From the NCBI GenBank assembly GCA_002104905.1, contig MCFE01000773.1:1-37411 (forward strand): a DNA stretch of 37,411 bases, written 5' to 3'. Numbering within the stretch: the stretch's first letter is position 1; every line of letters starts with the position of its first letter. A model generated the notes under the pieces. It saw nothing but the letters and a program-made list of their open reading frames with translations. It ran no database searches and was not told the DNA's origin. Position numbers and translations under genes: made by a program. The DNA comes from Basidiobolus meristosporus CBS 931.73. Taxonomy: Eukaryota > Fungi > Basidiobolomycota. Of this stretch, positions 11,843-24,025 are shown piece by piece.

Positions 11843-14098
11843 GACAGCCAGGTGGCCTTTCATGGAGCCAATAGCAGCCCTGGGTCAGCAATTCACAAGA
11901 TCTTCAAGGAATCAGTGTCACAGCATTGAGGTTTCAATGTGTCAATAACGGAAAGGTTACAGAGGTTGGCGCATTTGGAAAAGAATGATCCCAAATGGAG
12001 TGGCCAACCGTGCTGACTTTCTCATGCTGATCAGATCTTTCCCGCGGCCAATTGGTATCCAGGAAAACCATGATCATGGGGTTGAGTACAACAAACCTTA
12101 ATCATGCTTATTTTATTAGAAGCACGTACAGTTGAGTTGACGCCTCAACCCAACAGCACAGGATATGAAAACCCTCTTCGTGGGCATGGCAGACCTAGCA
12201 ATGGGATTACTTGCTGTGAGTCATGGTTCAGATACCACTCCAACTTCATTATTAAGCTTGAAACTGGATTTTTGTTCGTCGAGTACGCATGCTGACCAGG
12301 TGATCTTTTTTCTGCGGCTAGTGCAAACCCCAAATGAGGAATTGGAAGGCCAACCGTGGCTCAACCTTCTCCAAATCCAGGGTTGTGTTCGGCTTGCAGT
12401 CGCGTTGCTCACGAACCAGCCCCTAGAGCCCCAACATGGCCGAAGGAACTGGTCGAAACCAGTAGGTAGCCACGTTTGGTAACATTTCGGATATTTCGAA
12501 CTCCCCTTTTGGCACCATCGCACCGTATTTCTTTGGTGGTGTTTGGTGAGGCCTTGAAGTGATCCCGGCGATTCACAAGCCAAATGGAGTGGGTGCACCA
12601 TCTGTGGAGATGGATTCCATTGTGAGTTAAATCTGCATCCACTCGGGATCTGCCGATATATTCTAGCTACTGGGTTGGAGTGGGGTTGTGGAATCTCAGT
12701 TCTGATAATCTGAGATACAGGCGGTTTATTAAACTACTTTGCACTCACAAACCCTGTAACCTGACCATGACGTGGTCTAATTCCCAATCAGTAGAGTGAA
12801 TGACATGCAGAGTTGATACAAATTCGTTTATTTTGCGAAAGTGTCATCTCGTAGGTTAGCAGTGGATGGGTGTGCGAAAAGAGTTAGTGTTCCAATGTAG
12901 GTCATCATAGTCATCTTACCTGGAATTGAGGAAAGAGGGTGTCAGTATCCAATCAACGGACCACGAGTTATCAATCAATGCCCATACGAATGATACAATC
13001 CATATGAACAAGGTGCCCGGATACCTCACCGGATACCTTCCCAAATACCATCGTATTGTCGCAAGCCTAAACTCTCTGGTTTGCAAGTAATGCGTAGTCG
13101 TGGTGACCTCAATCCATATACGATCATAGTGATTCCTTCTTAATGAGGAATGGCCGAAACCATTGGTGGCTCCAACCTCTCAAATGATGAGTTTCATAAG
13201 GAAGGTTCATTTTTTTCTCGACCAAACGGTCTTAGTCCTCCAATGGAAGCCAAAGATCTGTTCAGTCCCATAGGCATAGCACATTCTACGTACTCGGACA
13301 GATATACTAATGCGTCACATTACGCTGCGATACGATACATAGGTTGGTATAGGACGAGGCAGGCTACATCATAAAGATCTCTGATCAATCAAAAAAAAGC
13401 AGTCGTGACACGAACCCTTTGTCCAGCCTCAATCTAGCATGGTATGCATCAGTACCACTCGGAATGATTTCTCTGGAGGAATGAGCAGTCTGGTCAGGCA
13501 CAGGCTGCTAAAAATGCTTCAAATCGGATGAGAATAGAAAGAGGTCACTTCAGCGGTGGTCTTCCTATAATGAATGAAAGTACATCGCGGTCCTTATCGA
13601 TCACATCTAGCAGATTGGCGGAACCCTTCCAAGATTGAATGAACGGCACACATTCTGCATGAAGCTCGTTGTTGGTGATGCGCCAAAGCAATTCCCAACT
13701 GCGGTTTTGCCTCCGAAACCAGTTTCTTTCGCTAACAACGGTTACTGTCCCCATCGACCTAGAAAACACTCCATTATCTAGAACCCTTCCACCCGGTGCT
13801 GATCTGATCTGCATGGGCTCTTTTTGCTCGTTCCAGACTGAAATCAATGTCCACCAGCCGCTGAGTCCTCAATAAACCCACCGCCCAAATTGGGTAGACT
13901 TGATAAAGGCTTCCCTTGATACTCGACAAATATCACCTGGCATTAGAAGTGCCAGATATGATAGGTTGGTGGTTTATTTGTATGCTATTCATGGATAGTA
14001 AGTATCAAGAAAATGTCGGAGGGGTAGGTGTTGAGATAAATATACCGGTTAAAAATTTACAATGCTATGGTGAAGGGTTTCTGCTTCCACTATGTCAC

Positions 14099-15604
14099 TC
14101 ATTGCTTCAGTGTTTGGCATTGTATCTCCTTCCCAGTGGTGGTGTGTTCACCACCTGGCATCGCAACAACACACTGCTCGTTTGTGTTACCCTGATCAGT
14201 CTTCGTCTCCACGGTGGATCCTGAATGCTCGAACTCGACCCCACGACGACGGGCATCCAGCCAGAGGCAGATGTAGGCAACAATTCCGGACACAAAGCCA
14301 ACACCGTCATTTTTGAAGGTCATGAGCATACCACCGGACACCAACACAATCAAGAAGTTGCGGTTCCTGGTGGCTTGGGAGTCGCCGGGCTTGCTGAAGT
14401 TGCGTGCGGCCATGGCCAGTTCCAAGCCACTGACGAACAGCATCACCCCGAGGAATGACTTGGGGAAGTATTGGAGAAGGCCAAGGAACGAGCCACCAAG
14501 GATGAATCCGATCAGCATCTTGCAGATCCCCAGGAACAGAATGCTCACTTCACTGCGTGCACCGAAGCGGTACTGGCCAGCGAGTCCACCAGAGCCATGA
14601 CAGAATGGCATGCTCCCGAAGAAGCAGCCGGTCAGGTTCATCAGTCCAACACATGTGGCCACGGATGAGGTGGTGGTCTGGTTCTCGGGGAACAGCTCCT
14701 TGATCAACGCCACCAACGCGATCACCGAGTTGAGGGTGGTGAGCGGAAGCTGGCCAAGCCCTGCGTTCAACATCCCTGTCACGAACTCACCCGGAGTTGG
14801 GACAACTGGTTTGGGGTAGTAGAAGCCAGGGGATGGTAGTTGGATGGAGGCGCTCGAGGTGTACACCACGATGATGGCAAAGACCAGGCCAATGACAAAG
14901 ATGATCATGGCGGTGGGAATGCGGCGCTGATGGTACAAGAAGAACACCACACAGAACCACACGATCGCCCACTCATAGTTGTCGTGCCACTTCCAGTTGG
15001 TTCCACCCCAGGGTGTCTCGATCTTGAACAGGAGATCGGTGCCGGCCTTGGTCATCAGGGTGATTCCTGTGCCCATCTGAATGCCCCGGACCACGGCATG
15101 CGGCGTGTACTTGTTCACCAGGTGGATGGTGCGTGTCAGGCCCAGGAACAGGACCACTCCACTCACGAACATGCCGGCACCCATGATCTCACCCATGCTC
15201 ATCTTGCTAGCCAGGGCAATGGCTCCGATTGCTGTGCAAGTCAAGAAGGAGTACAGGATAGGGAGAGAGAGCGAGAGCGAGAGAGAGAGAGAGAGAGAGA
15301 GAGAAGAGAAATGGTTAATACACTGAAGAGCATATGTATCCGGAGTCGCCCAAAGAGTGAACTGTCAGGAGGAACACCTACTTTTCATGGGCTGAACACA
15401 CATCGGAATGCCAAACTTGAGACCGGTAATGATATTCCACAAGCCACCGAAGATCAAGGAGGAGGTGAGGGAGACCTGACCGGACAGAGAGAGGGACACC
15501 ATCAAGGGGACCAGAGTACCCAAGTCACCCAAACTTCCACTGATCTCGGCGAGGGTGAAGTTTTCTTTGTAATGCGCAAGCTTTCTTCTGATGTAGCTAC
15601 TCAT
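14099..15604 (-). CDS. Molybdate transporter, MOT1 family (copy B)
   Basis: Exon 1 15604-15382 (223 nt, same as copy A), exon 2 15231-14099 (1133 nt, same as copy A); same motifs. The upstream in-frame ATG at 15655 overlaps the TATA box and is unlikely to be the start. Confidence 0.9.
15263..15304. repeat. Interrupted (GA)n microsatellite in the MOT1 copy B intron, longer than in copy A
   Basis: Direct read, with two GC interruptions. Confidence 0.85.
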
Positions 15605-15653
15605 TTTGAGTGTAGAGAAGAGAGTACACAAGGAGGGTAGGGTATGGTGAGGC

Positions 15654-15660
15654 ATTTATA
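15654..15660 (-). promoter_or_regulatory. TATA box of MOT1 copy B (TATAAAT)
   Basis: Nearest base is 50 nt upstream of ATG 15604. Confidence 0.6.
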
Positions 15661-16843
15661 GTTGATGCAGACTGGCTTTTTTCCTTCTCAATCATCATTC
15701 GAAGCTGTAACTGAATTAGGCTGTCACATGGAGAAAGGTTATTCTAGCAAGTTTAGAGATTAATGATGCCAAGTCGGGTAGTCTGGTGTGCCTACTTTCG
15801 CAAGCAAATCAGATCTATTCCCATTCCAAATTTGGATCCGGTTGGTTGATGTAGACGAAGAGGATCGAGCTTAGCCACTCCACCTAGCATTGGATCAGCT
15901 GTTTGTGGTTGTACCTCAGCTATGAACCCAACTATACTTCCCCTACCAGTGAGTTATCCTGTGTGGAAGAGGGATTTTTCATAAGGGTGGTAGATCTTCC
16001 GATGCGTTTGATCTGTACTGAATCTGTTGGTCACCGACTTCCTTGTATGGTGCGCTGTGCCACCTGGGAGTAAAAACAACATCCCGAGCATTCCCGGCCC
16101 CTGGGAGTGTATTGTATATCCTGATTCTGGGTCGGATAGAGCCACGTACAGTACGGGATTTGGGAGTCACCACTCGGAATGAGAAAGAGCAAAAAAACCC
16201 TCATAAAAGATGCCATGATTTTGCGAGATGGGCCACAAGAACCTCTGGGCCTGGTTCAGCGGATCCCTGGACCCGTATCATAACCTAGGGGGTGGAAGGG
16301 TCTAGGCCAGACAAATCTACATGGAAAATATTCTAAATGCGCACTAAACTGGCTTTGCGATGTCAAGATCGGCGTACCGTTAGCCCCGGGACATATATGG
16401 AAGGAAGCCAATGGAAATACGCGTTTGGAAAGGATCTGATCCATGCAACAATTACCAAGTTGCATCCTTAGTGTTCCAGCCTGCACAAATGCTGGATATT
16501 TCTGATCGTAGATAACCGAGGTATAGATCATTTGATTTGATTCACCGACCACTCACTTGATATTAATTCACAAGATCACTGGTTTCCAAATGGATTTGGC
16601 TTTAAAACTCACATTTCCCACTTCTTATGGAATCATGCTTAACTTGGATTATAGGCAAGGTATATTTGTCTTCTTAGTAACCATCTTTTGAGCATTTACT
16701 TCCCCTTTGGAATTCCTTGACTAAGGCTAGGCTACTGGTGGCCCTGTGAAAAATCTGATACTTGGAGCTCATTTGATAATCTGCTGGCATTCATCTGGTA
16801 CTTTTACCTCAAATTTCTAATTGTAGATTGTTGTGGAGGTAGC

Positions 16844-17118
16844 GAGAAGTCAACCAATTCCTTGTTGGGATTTACTTAGAATATTCTCACCAACACATCA
16901 ATGACCCAGAACATGAAAATTCTCAAAGTTGTCCAAACAGCCCCAAATTTTGCACACATGTTCTTGGGACATTCGTTAGCCTATTTGACATGTTTGTTAT
17001 GCCAAAACCATGTAAAAGTATAAATACTACTTTTACATTCAATAAATCATTAAGTGAAAACCACATAATCCACTTGTCCTCCCAAATCACTTCCAATATC
17101 TCCAAGACTCTTACAACA
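16844..17118 (+). repeat. 5' LTR of copia A (first ~75 bp missing or replaced)
   Basis: Aligns to the other ~349-bp LTRs from about gagaagtcaaccaattcc; ends CTTACAACA next to the PBS. Confidence 0.8.
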
Positions 17119-17130
17119 GGTTATGAGCCC
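17119..17130 (+). promoter_or_regulatory. Primer-binding site of copia A (GGTTATGAGCCC)
   Basis: Complementary to GGGCUCAUAACC in the anticodon arm of initiator tRNA-Met, as in copia/Ty5 half-tRNA priming. Confidence 0.85.
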
Positions 17131-18970
17131 CAAGCTGTCACTCTCTGCAATGACTTATACTGCTATTACTGGAATTTTTCCCTCTGCTTAAAAGTTAAAT
17201 GGATCTAACTACCAAGCGTGGAAGGTGAAGATGAAGATGCTGCTACAAGAAAGAGGCCTTTGGGATATTGTCATGGGAGAAGAATGCCCTCCTAAAGATG
17301 TGGGAGAGGAAGCCTTAAAGTACCAGAAGAAAGAACAAAGTGCCTTTAACTGCATTTGCCTTAATGATAAAGACAAATTGCTAATTCAATGCTCAAGAGC
17401 AAAAATGGCAAAGAATGCCTTCCAGGCATTAGAAGACACCTACCAGGGATGCTCTGCTGCTAAGAGAGTATATCTTAGACAAATATTCTTTACTACAAAG
17501 ATGCAGCCAGCAGAAGAAATGAAAAATCTAATTAACAGAATTACCCTACTGGTGGTGAGATGGAGTCTGTGGGTGTACTAACCACTGATGAGGATGTGAT
17601 AGTTACCATCCTGAATAGCCTGGCAGACAAGCCTCAGGGTCTTGTATAAGCCCTAGAGTTTAGAACTGAAGATTTGCCCTTAAATTATGTATAAGGAAGG
17701 CTCCTGGATGAAGAATTAAGAAATTCAAGTACCAATAAGTAGGAAGAAGAAAATGCTTTAATAAGCAATGATAACTTACAAAAGAGGTACTCAAGACCCT
17801 ACAAAGGCAACAGCAACCTGTTTTGCAACTACTGCAAAAGGAAAGGACACACCTCAGACTGGTGTCTCAAAAAGAGAGATAACCAGCAAAAGAAGCCTGA
17901 ATATGGAAATGCAGCAACAACTGATGATAGACTATTCATATCTGCACTAAATATGCCCACAAACAAGGACTCTTAGATGTGGTACATTGACTCTGGAGCT
18001 TATCAACACTTTACACACCAAAAAGAACTTTTTACCCAATATTAAGAAATTCCAATTAGGAAGGTTTTCATGGGTCACAATAGAACACTTGATGCAGTGG
18101 GAGAAGAAACTATCCAAGTAAGCCTTGGAAGCAATGAAAGAAACCATACACTGACCATTAAATATGTACTCTATGTACCAGGAATAGCCAAGAACCTACT
18201 ATCTATAAGCAAGGTCACTGCTGAAGGACTCAGTTTCAGCTTTGACAATTCTGGATGAAGGATCACTGATCAAAATGGTGCCCATATTGCTTTGTGTATC
18301 AGCAATCAGAATCTATACAAGTTGAATTATATTCATCATATCTGGAAGCCAATATAAGTAACTTAAATAAAGGAACACCAATGCTTTGGCACAGGAGATT
18401 TAGGCACATCAATTTTGATTATTTGCCCAAAATGATCAAAGATCAGCTAATTTCCGGAGTAAATATTGATCCCTCAGCTGATTTGGAGCACTCTGAGGCC
18501 TGCATATATGGGTAACAAGCTAGACAACTGCTCAAGAGCTCTGGGTCATTCAAAACTAAGAAAAAACTAGATCCAATTCACTAAGATCTGTGTGGAACTA
18601 TGCAAAATTTATACTTAGGCAGGATGAAGTTTTTAATCCCTTTTATTGATGATAATACAAGATACATGTGGGTCTACTCCATGGAGAGAAAGGAAGAAGC
18701 TCTGTCTAAATTCAGGGAGCTTAAAGCCTTGGTGGAGAGTGAAACTGGTGAACAAATCAAGAAAATATGCTCTGACAATGGTGGAGAATATACCTCAAAA
18801 CTCTTCATCCACTTTTGCAAGCTTAATGGGATAAATCAAGAGACTACTTTACCATACTCCCCACAGCAAAATGGAGTAATAGAACATACAAACAGATCAA
18901 TAATTGATATGCCAAGATCTATGATTCATGATCAAAAATTATCCTATGATTTTTGGGCAGAATCATTTGC

Positions 18971-19319
18971 TGTTGCAATAATCTGAGGAGTATTGGAAGT
19001 GATGTGGAGAATTAGAGGACTTATATGTTACTCACATGTAGATTTATTGCTCAAAAGTATGGTATTCATATTTTTGATAAAGTAGAGCAAACAAACATGT
19101 AGAGTTTGTTAAGGAAGGTCCCTAGAATATGTGTGCAAAGCTTGGGGGCTTTTGGATAACTTTGAGAAAGATCATAATCTGGGTACCTGATAATTTGGTG
19201 AACATATTCTAGGTAAATCACAACAAGAAGTTTGGTCAGGACAGAATGCCAATCAAAGAATAAGATCTATGTGACTAAGTCAGCATGGATATTTTGGTGA
19301 CAACTCAATAATTTCAACA
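18971..19319 (-). mobile_element. Diverged copia solo LTR inserted antisense in the copia A integrase
   Basis: 349 bp, TGTTG...CAACA termini, TSD tttgc/gttgc (4 of 5), flanks rejoin as integrase coding sequence. Confidence 0.8.
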
Positions 19320-19344
19320 GTTGCACAGCTGTATACCTTAAAAA

Positions 19345-22300
19345 TGTTGTAAGAGTCTTGGAGATATTGGAAGTGATTGGGAGAACAAGTAGATTATGTG
19401 GTTATCACTTAATAATTTATTGAATGTAAAAGTAGTATTTATACTTTTACCTGGCCTTGGCATTGCAAACACATAGAATAGGCTAAGGAAGGTCCCAAGA
19501 ACATGTGTGCAAAGTTTGGGGCTGTTTGGACAACTTTGAGAATTTTCATGTTCTGGGTACCTGGTATTTTGGTGAAAATATTCCAAGTGAATCCCAACAA
19601 GGAACTTGGTCAGTATTCTCTAGGATTTGAAGGTGATGATCTAAGTTACTTAGCTAGGTAAATATTTGGGTGGAAATATAAATTTTACAACACTCCCACT
19701 CAACTAAATGTTCATACTGACTAGTCCTAATTTTGACCTAAGATATTCAAACTTGTCCCTAGCTAATGGTTTGGTAAATATGTCTGCAATCATTTCATCT
19801 GTAGGACAGTAAGCTAAGCTAACTAAGCTATTCCCTATAGCTTCACATATGAAATGATGTCTAATATCTATGTGCTTGGTTTTAGCATGAAAGGTTGGAT
19901 TTCTACCTAAGTATACATCCTTGATTATCTCAAAATAAAGTAATAGGCATTTTTTGACATAGGCCTAAATCTGTAAAAAGTATTCTTAGCCACATTGCTT
20001 CTTTTGTAGCTTCACAGGCTGCCATATACTCTGCCTCTGTGGTGGAAAGTGCTACAGTGGTTGGTTGCTTTCTTGAGTTCCATGAAATTGCTCCTTTACA
20101 GTAAAGAAAGGTGCATCCTGTGGTGGATCTTCTGTCTTCCAAATTTTGTCCCCAATCAGCATCAGAGTATCCCACAGGATCCTGTTCTGAAGCCTTATAA
20201 GTGTATCTTAAGCGGATATCAGCAGTTCCTTTTAGGTATCTAAAAAACCACTTAACTGCTGCAATATGATCAGATCCATAGTTCTGATTATGTTGGCTGA
20301 CAACTCCCACTGAATATGAGATATCTGGACATGTTCCAAGCATGATAGACATCAGACTGCCAACCATAGATTGATAAGGAGGTCAGGGCTCTCAGATGGC
20401 ACCAAGCTCTCTTGACTTGGTTGAGTTTTGACCAAGTTAAGGTTTGTCTCCATTGGCATAGCAGCCAGTTTACAGTCTTCCATTTGGTACTTCTTTAGTA
20501 TATCTTGAATATACTTGGATTGGTTTAGGGTAATAGTCTGGGTACTTCTGTCTATGGAGAACCTAATCCCTAATTAGTAACTAAGTTCTCCTAGATTGGA
20601 CATCTTGAACTCCTTAGATAGGCTGGATTTAGTCTCTTCCAATGTTTCTAGGTTATTGGCGGCTATAATAAGATCATCCACATATAGAGCTAATAGAACT
20701 GGATTTGCTCTATCTGGCTTATAGTATATACTTTAGTCAGCATTACTCCTTTTGAAACTCAAAGATTCCAAATAAGAATCTATCTTGCAATTCCAGGCTA
20801 TTGGTGATTGTTTGAGACCATACAGTGACTTTTTAAGCTTGCAGACCAAATGGGGGTTATCTTGGTCAACAAATCCATCAGGCTGGTCCATATACATGTC
20901 CTCATCAATTTCTCCATTCAAAATGCAGTTTTTACATCCATTTGATGAATAAAAAACTTATATTTGGCTGCAATAGCCAATATTAATATCATGGAATTAA
21001 ACTTGGCTACCAGTGCAAAGGTCTCAGTATAGCCAGGTCCTTTTGCTTGAGAGTATCCTTTGGCTACAAGTCTTGCTTTGTATCTTTCAATTGTACCATC
21101 AGCCTTGTATTTTGTCTCAAAGACCCATCTGCATCCAATTGATTTTTGGTTGATTGGTAATTTGACCAAGTCCCAAGTTTGATTTTCCATCAGAGACTGA
21201 TATTCCTCAGTTGTTGCAGATCTCAAAAACTTTGTCAGAGGGCTATTTAGGGCCTCTTTTACAATCTGGGGTTCATGAATATGGACTGAATAGGCATAGG
21301 CTAAGTTTGTACCCTCATTGATACAGTAATTTGGGCTATTTCTTGTCCAATTGGATCTCCGGGCATTTGATACTGGAATGATCACTTCTGGGATATTCCT
21401 GGGCACTGATTCTGGCTAAACCATGGTTGCAGAGTCCTCTTGAGTGAAAATATTTTCATTGTTTTGCTCTAATTCAACCCTGACAATTGGTGGACTTGTG
21501 GTCAAATTTGGGTCATCATCTGATGTCATTTGTTGTGAAAATTATAATTTTCATCAAGCAACACATCCCTGGACTTGATCAGCTTCTTTGCTTTGGTATT
21601 GTAGAGTCTGTATGCCTTACTCTCATTGCAGTAGCCCAAAAATATGCATTTTACACTTTTTGGCTCAAATTTTGTCTGATTTCCGGCCAGTTTTTTGGCA
21701 TATGCTTTACACCCAAATATTCTGAGATGTTCTGCACTTGGTCTGTATCCATACCATGCTTCAAATGGAGTAGAATCACGAATTATTCTGTTATAACTCC
21801 TATTTTTAAGATATACAGCAGTGGCAACTGATTCCATCCAAAATTCATAGGATGATTTTTGATCATGAATCATAGAACTTGCCATATCCATTATTGATCT
21901 GTTAGCACGTTCTGCTACTTCATTTTGCTGTGGGGAGTATGGTACAGTAGTCTCTTGCCTTTTCCCATGAATTTTGCAGAAGTGGATGGAGAGTTTTGAG
22001 GTAAATTCTCCACCATTCTCAGAGTATATTTTCTTGATTTTTTCACCAGTTTCTCTCTCCACTGTGGCTTTAAACTCCCTGAACTTAGACAGAGCTTCTT
22101 CCTTTCTCTGCATGAAGTAGACCCATGTGTATCTTGTATAATCATCAATAAAAGTGATTAAACACTTTATTCTGCCTAAGGATAAATTTTACATAGGTAC
22201 ACACAGATCTGAGTGAGTTAGATCTAATTTTTCTTAGCTTTGATTAACCCAGAGCTCTTGAGCAGTTGTCTAGCTTGTTACCCATATATGCAGGCTTCAC

Positions 22301-24025
22301 AGTGGTCCAAATTAGCAGGGGGATCAACTTTCACTCCAGAAATTAGCTGATCTTTGATCATTTTATGCAAAAAATCAAAATTGATGTGTCCAAATCTCCT
22401 GTGCCAAAGCATTGGTGTTCCTTCATTTAAGTTATTTATATTGGCTTCCAGATATGATGGAATATAAGTCAACTTGTATAGATTCTGATCTCCAATGCCC
22501 AAAGCAATATGGGCACCATTTTGATCAATGATCCTGCTTCCAGAATTGCCAAAACTGAAACTGAGTCCTTCTGCTGTGGCCTTACTTACAGAGAGTAGGT
22601 TCTTGGCTATTTCTGGTACATAGAGTACTTCTTTAAAGGTCAGTGTATGGCTTCCTTCACTGCTTATAAGGTTTACTTGGATAGTTCCTTCTCCCACTGC
22701 ATCAAGTGTTCTATTGTCACCCATGAAAACCTTCTTAATTGGAATTTCTTGATATTGGGTAAAAAGCTCTTTTTAGAGTGTAAAGTGTTGAGAAGCTCCA
22801 AAGTCAATATACCATGTCTGAGAATCCTTGTTTGTTGTCATATTTAGAGCAGATATGAATAGTCTATCTTCAGTTGTTGCAGCATTTCCATATTCAGGCT
22901 TTGTTTGCTGATAATCTCTCTTTTTGAGACACCGGTCTGATGTGTGTCCTTTCTTTTTGCAGTAGTTGCAAAACAGGTTGCTGTTGCCTTTGTAGGGCCT
23001 TGGGTACCCCCTTTGTTGGCTATCATTGCTTATTAAAGCATTTTCTTCTGCCTTCTTATTGGCGCTTGATTTTCTTGATTCTTCATCCACAAGCCTTCCA
23101 TATATGAAATTTAAGATCAAATCTTCAGTTCTGGACTCTAGGGCTGATACAAAGCCCTGAAACTTGTCTGTCAGGCTATTCAGGATTGTAACTATCACAT
23201 CCTCATCAGTAGTTGGTATGTCCACAGATTCCATCACATCTACCAGCAGGGTAATTCTGTTAATTAGATTTTTCATTTCTTCTCCAGGCTGCATCTTTGT
23301 TGTAAAGAATTTTTGACTCAGATACATTTTCTTGGCATCTCAACATGACTGGTAGGTGTCTTCTAATGCCTTCCAGGCATTCTTTGCCATTTTTGCTCTT
23401 GAGCATTGAATTAGCAATTTGTCCTTAACATTAAGGCAAATGCAGTTAAAGGCACTTTGTTCTTTCTTCTAGTACTTTAAGGCTTCCTCTCCCACGTTTT
23501 TAGGAGGGCGTTCTTCTCCCATGACAATATCCCAAAGGCCTCTTTCTTGTAGCAGCATCTTCATCTTCACCTTCCACACTTGGTAGTTAGATCCATTTAA
23601 CTTTTCGGCAGAGGGAAAAATTCCAGTAATAGCAGTAGTAGACATTGCAGAGAGTGACAGCTGGGGGCTCATAACCTGTTGTAAGAGTCTTGGAAATGTT
23701 GGAAGTGATTGGGAGAACAAGTATATTATGTGGTTATCACTTAATGATTTATTGAATGTAAAAGTAGTATTGATACTTTTACCTGGTCTTGGCATTACAA
23801 ACACATAGAATAGGATAAGGAAGGTCCCAAGAACATGTGTGCAAAGTCTGGGGCTGTTTAGACAACTTCAAGAATTTTCATGTTCTGGGTATCTGGTATT
23901 TTGGTGAAAATATTCTAAGTGAATCCCAACAAGGAATCTGGTCAGTATTCTCTAAGATCTGAAGGTGATGATCTAAGTGACTAAGTTAGGGGAATATTTA
24001 GGTGGAAATACAAATTTTTACAACA
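19345..24025 (-). mobile_element. Full-length Ty1/copia element B (4681 bp, degenerate) inserted antisense in copia A
   Basis: LTRs 19345-19692 and 23677-24025 (~92-93% identical by manual comparison), TSD AAAAA on both sides, PBS 23665-23676, PPT 19693-19703. Confidence 0.95.
19704..23645 (-). pseudogene. gag-pol polyprotein of copia B (gag, CCHC knuckle, protease, integrase, RT, RNase H), fragmented
   Basis: MSTTAITGIFPSAEKLNGSNY, CNYCKKKGHTSDRC, WYIDFGAS, LWHRRFGH, PQQNEVAER, KARLVAKG, GYSDADW in copia order (IN before RT), broken by stops. Confidence 0.9.

Noticed and set aside
12705-12785. TPP-riboswitch-like words (CTGAGA ... ACCCTGTAACCTGA)
   Set aside because: Spacing is too long, the downstream conserved stem and GCG..GGGA motifs are absent, and it is on the opposite strand to the neighbouring genes.
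11038-15640. His/Asp-rich plus-strand ORFs (11038-11508, 14840-15640) with ER repeats
   Set aside because: Antisense shadows of the MOT1 genes; the ER run is the translated (GA)n microsatellite.
15633-15642. AGGGTAGGGT resembling the fission-yeast Homol E element
   Set aside because: Lies between the MOT1-B TATA and ATG, not near RPS11; likely chance.
16824-16843. TGTTGT at 16829 as the true start of the copia A 5' LTR
   Set aside because: Its flank (tagat) does not match the 3' LTR flank (atagt) and the following bases do not align to the LTR.
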